Positions 63,253 to 64,000 of a stretch of DNA of 64,000 nucleotides are shown one piece after another; within the stretch, counting starts at the first letter, position 1, and each line of letters opens with the position of its first letter. The stretch lies in contig DWWP01000041.1 of assembly GCA_019119635.1 (NCBI GenBank), forward strand, positions 19,772 to 83,771, read 5' to 3'. Source of the DNA: Candidatus Dietzia intestinipullorum (lineage in GTDB: Bacteria > Actinomycetota > Actinomycetes > Mycobacteriales > Mycobacteriaceae). Made by a program: the position numbers and the translations under genes. The notes under the pieces were generated by a model. The model had not been told where the DNA came from, did not search any database, and worked only from the letters and a program-made list of their open reading frames with translations.

Positions 63253-64000
63253 TCAGTGGCGGCCGAGCGCCTCGGCCAGGGCGGCGGCCATCTCGTCCCT
63301 GGGTGCCGGTAGACCGGTGAACAGTTCCACCTGCCCGAAGGCCTGGTTGAGCAGCATCACGTCGCCCCCGATCACGGGGACCCCCGCGGCCTGCGCCGCA
63401 GCGCCGGCGGACGTCGGCCACGGGTCGTACAGGACGTCGAGCAGACGACGCGCGCCCGCGATGAGCCCGGTGAGGTCCCGCACGCCTGGTTCCGGGACCG
63501 TGTTGACGGTCACGTCGGCGCGGGCGATCTCGCCGGGGAGCGAGGGATCGGTCAGGAGCACGGTGGACACGTCCAGCCCCAGCGCCCGGCCACAGTCCGC
63601 GGCGGGGCCGGCATTGTCCCGACGGGACGCGAGCACCACCCGGACGCCGCCGAGCGCGGCCAGGCCCGCCAGCACCGGCCGGGCGGTCCCCCCGACCCCC
63701 AGCACGACGGCGGCGGGGCGGGCCGGGAGGTCACCGAACGCGGCGAGGGCCCCGGTCGCGCCGTCGACGTCCGTGCAGTCCGCGTACCACCCGTCGGCGT
63801 GCCGGACGAGAGTGTTGGCGCTGCCCACGATCCGGGCCCGATCGCTGACGACGGAGGCGTGACCCAGCGCCGCGAATTTGCCCGGCATCGTCACCGAGTA
63901 GCCGATGCGGTCCCCGGGCGAGGAATCGACCAGCGTCGGCAGCTGTTCGGCGTCACAGTCGATCCGCTCGTAGGTCCATCCGTCGAGACCGAGGGCGCGG
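63253..64000 (-). CDS. aroE: Shikimate dehydrogenase (5' end beyond the window)
   Basis: The frame stays open to the window edge. Motifs are GYSVTMPGK (the NVTxPxK motif), SANTLV and the NADP loop LGVGGTARPV. Confidence 0.85.
   Translation of the reverse strand, partial: RALGLDGWTYERIDCDAEQLPTLVDSSPGDRIGYSVTMPGKFAALGHASVVSDRARIVGSANTLVRHADGWYADCTDVDGATGALAAFGDLPARPAAVVLGVGGTARPVLAGLAALGGVRVVLASRRDNAGPAADCGRALGLDVSTVLLTDPSLPGEIARADVTVNTVPEPGVRDLTGLIAGARRLLDVLYDPWPTSAGAAAQAAGVPVIGGDVMLLNQAFGQVELFTGLPAPRDEMAAALAEALGRH

Overview
This is a high-GC (roughly 70%) actinobacterial chromosome segment, packed almost end to end with conserved housekeeping genes. From my memory of the M. tuberculosis H37Rv map, the gene order follows Rv1473 down to Rv1379 and then runs directly into nusB-efp-pepQ-aroB-aroK-aroC-aroE. 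That points to a Mycobacteriales/Corynebacteriales-type core region; this is inference, since no search was run.

I call 60 CDS:
- A 5'-partial PLP-dependent decarboxylase, an ABC-F ATPase, a thioesterase-like protein and an orphan CrtL-type lycopene cyclase.
- sufR-B-D-C-S-U-T.
- mptB, an ABC-2 exporter, ctaA, an Ala/Gly/Pro-rich repeat protein, qor and ctaB.
- tkt-tal-zwf-opcA-pgl.
- secG, tpiA-pgk-gap.
- whiA-yvcK-rapZ-uvrC.
- A chain of closely spaced or overlapping genes, def-fmt-rsmB-rpe-ribD-ribE-ribBA-ribH plus a PH-domain membrane protein.
- priA, metK, coaBC-rpoZ-gmk-mihF.
- pyrR-pyrB-pyrC-(membrane protein)-carA-carB-pyrF.
- nusB-efp, pepQ-aroB-aroK-aroC, and 5'-partial aroE.

Many ORF-track starts were trimmed to internal ATG/GTG/TTG codons. 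The trimming used Shine-Dalgarno spacing, 4-nt ATGA/GTGA stop-start overlaps and expected protein length.

I see no rRNA, tRNA, CRISPR array, transposase, integrase or prophage signature. I found no convincing multi-gene novel system, and I think this is an ordinary core region.

The best second-look items are:
- A repeat-containing Ala/Gly/Pro-rich protein (16152-17516) whose repeats show a strong synonymous-substitution bias.
- A perfect 50-bp tandem duplication covering the stop codon of the ABC-F gene.
- A 411-bp non-coding stretch upstream of mihF.
- Candidate SufR and PyrR regulatory sites.
- Two small membrane proteins (one PH-domain, one PH-like by eye) translationally coupled inside the rib and pyr operons.
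- A rib cluster with no room for an FMN riboswitch.
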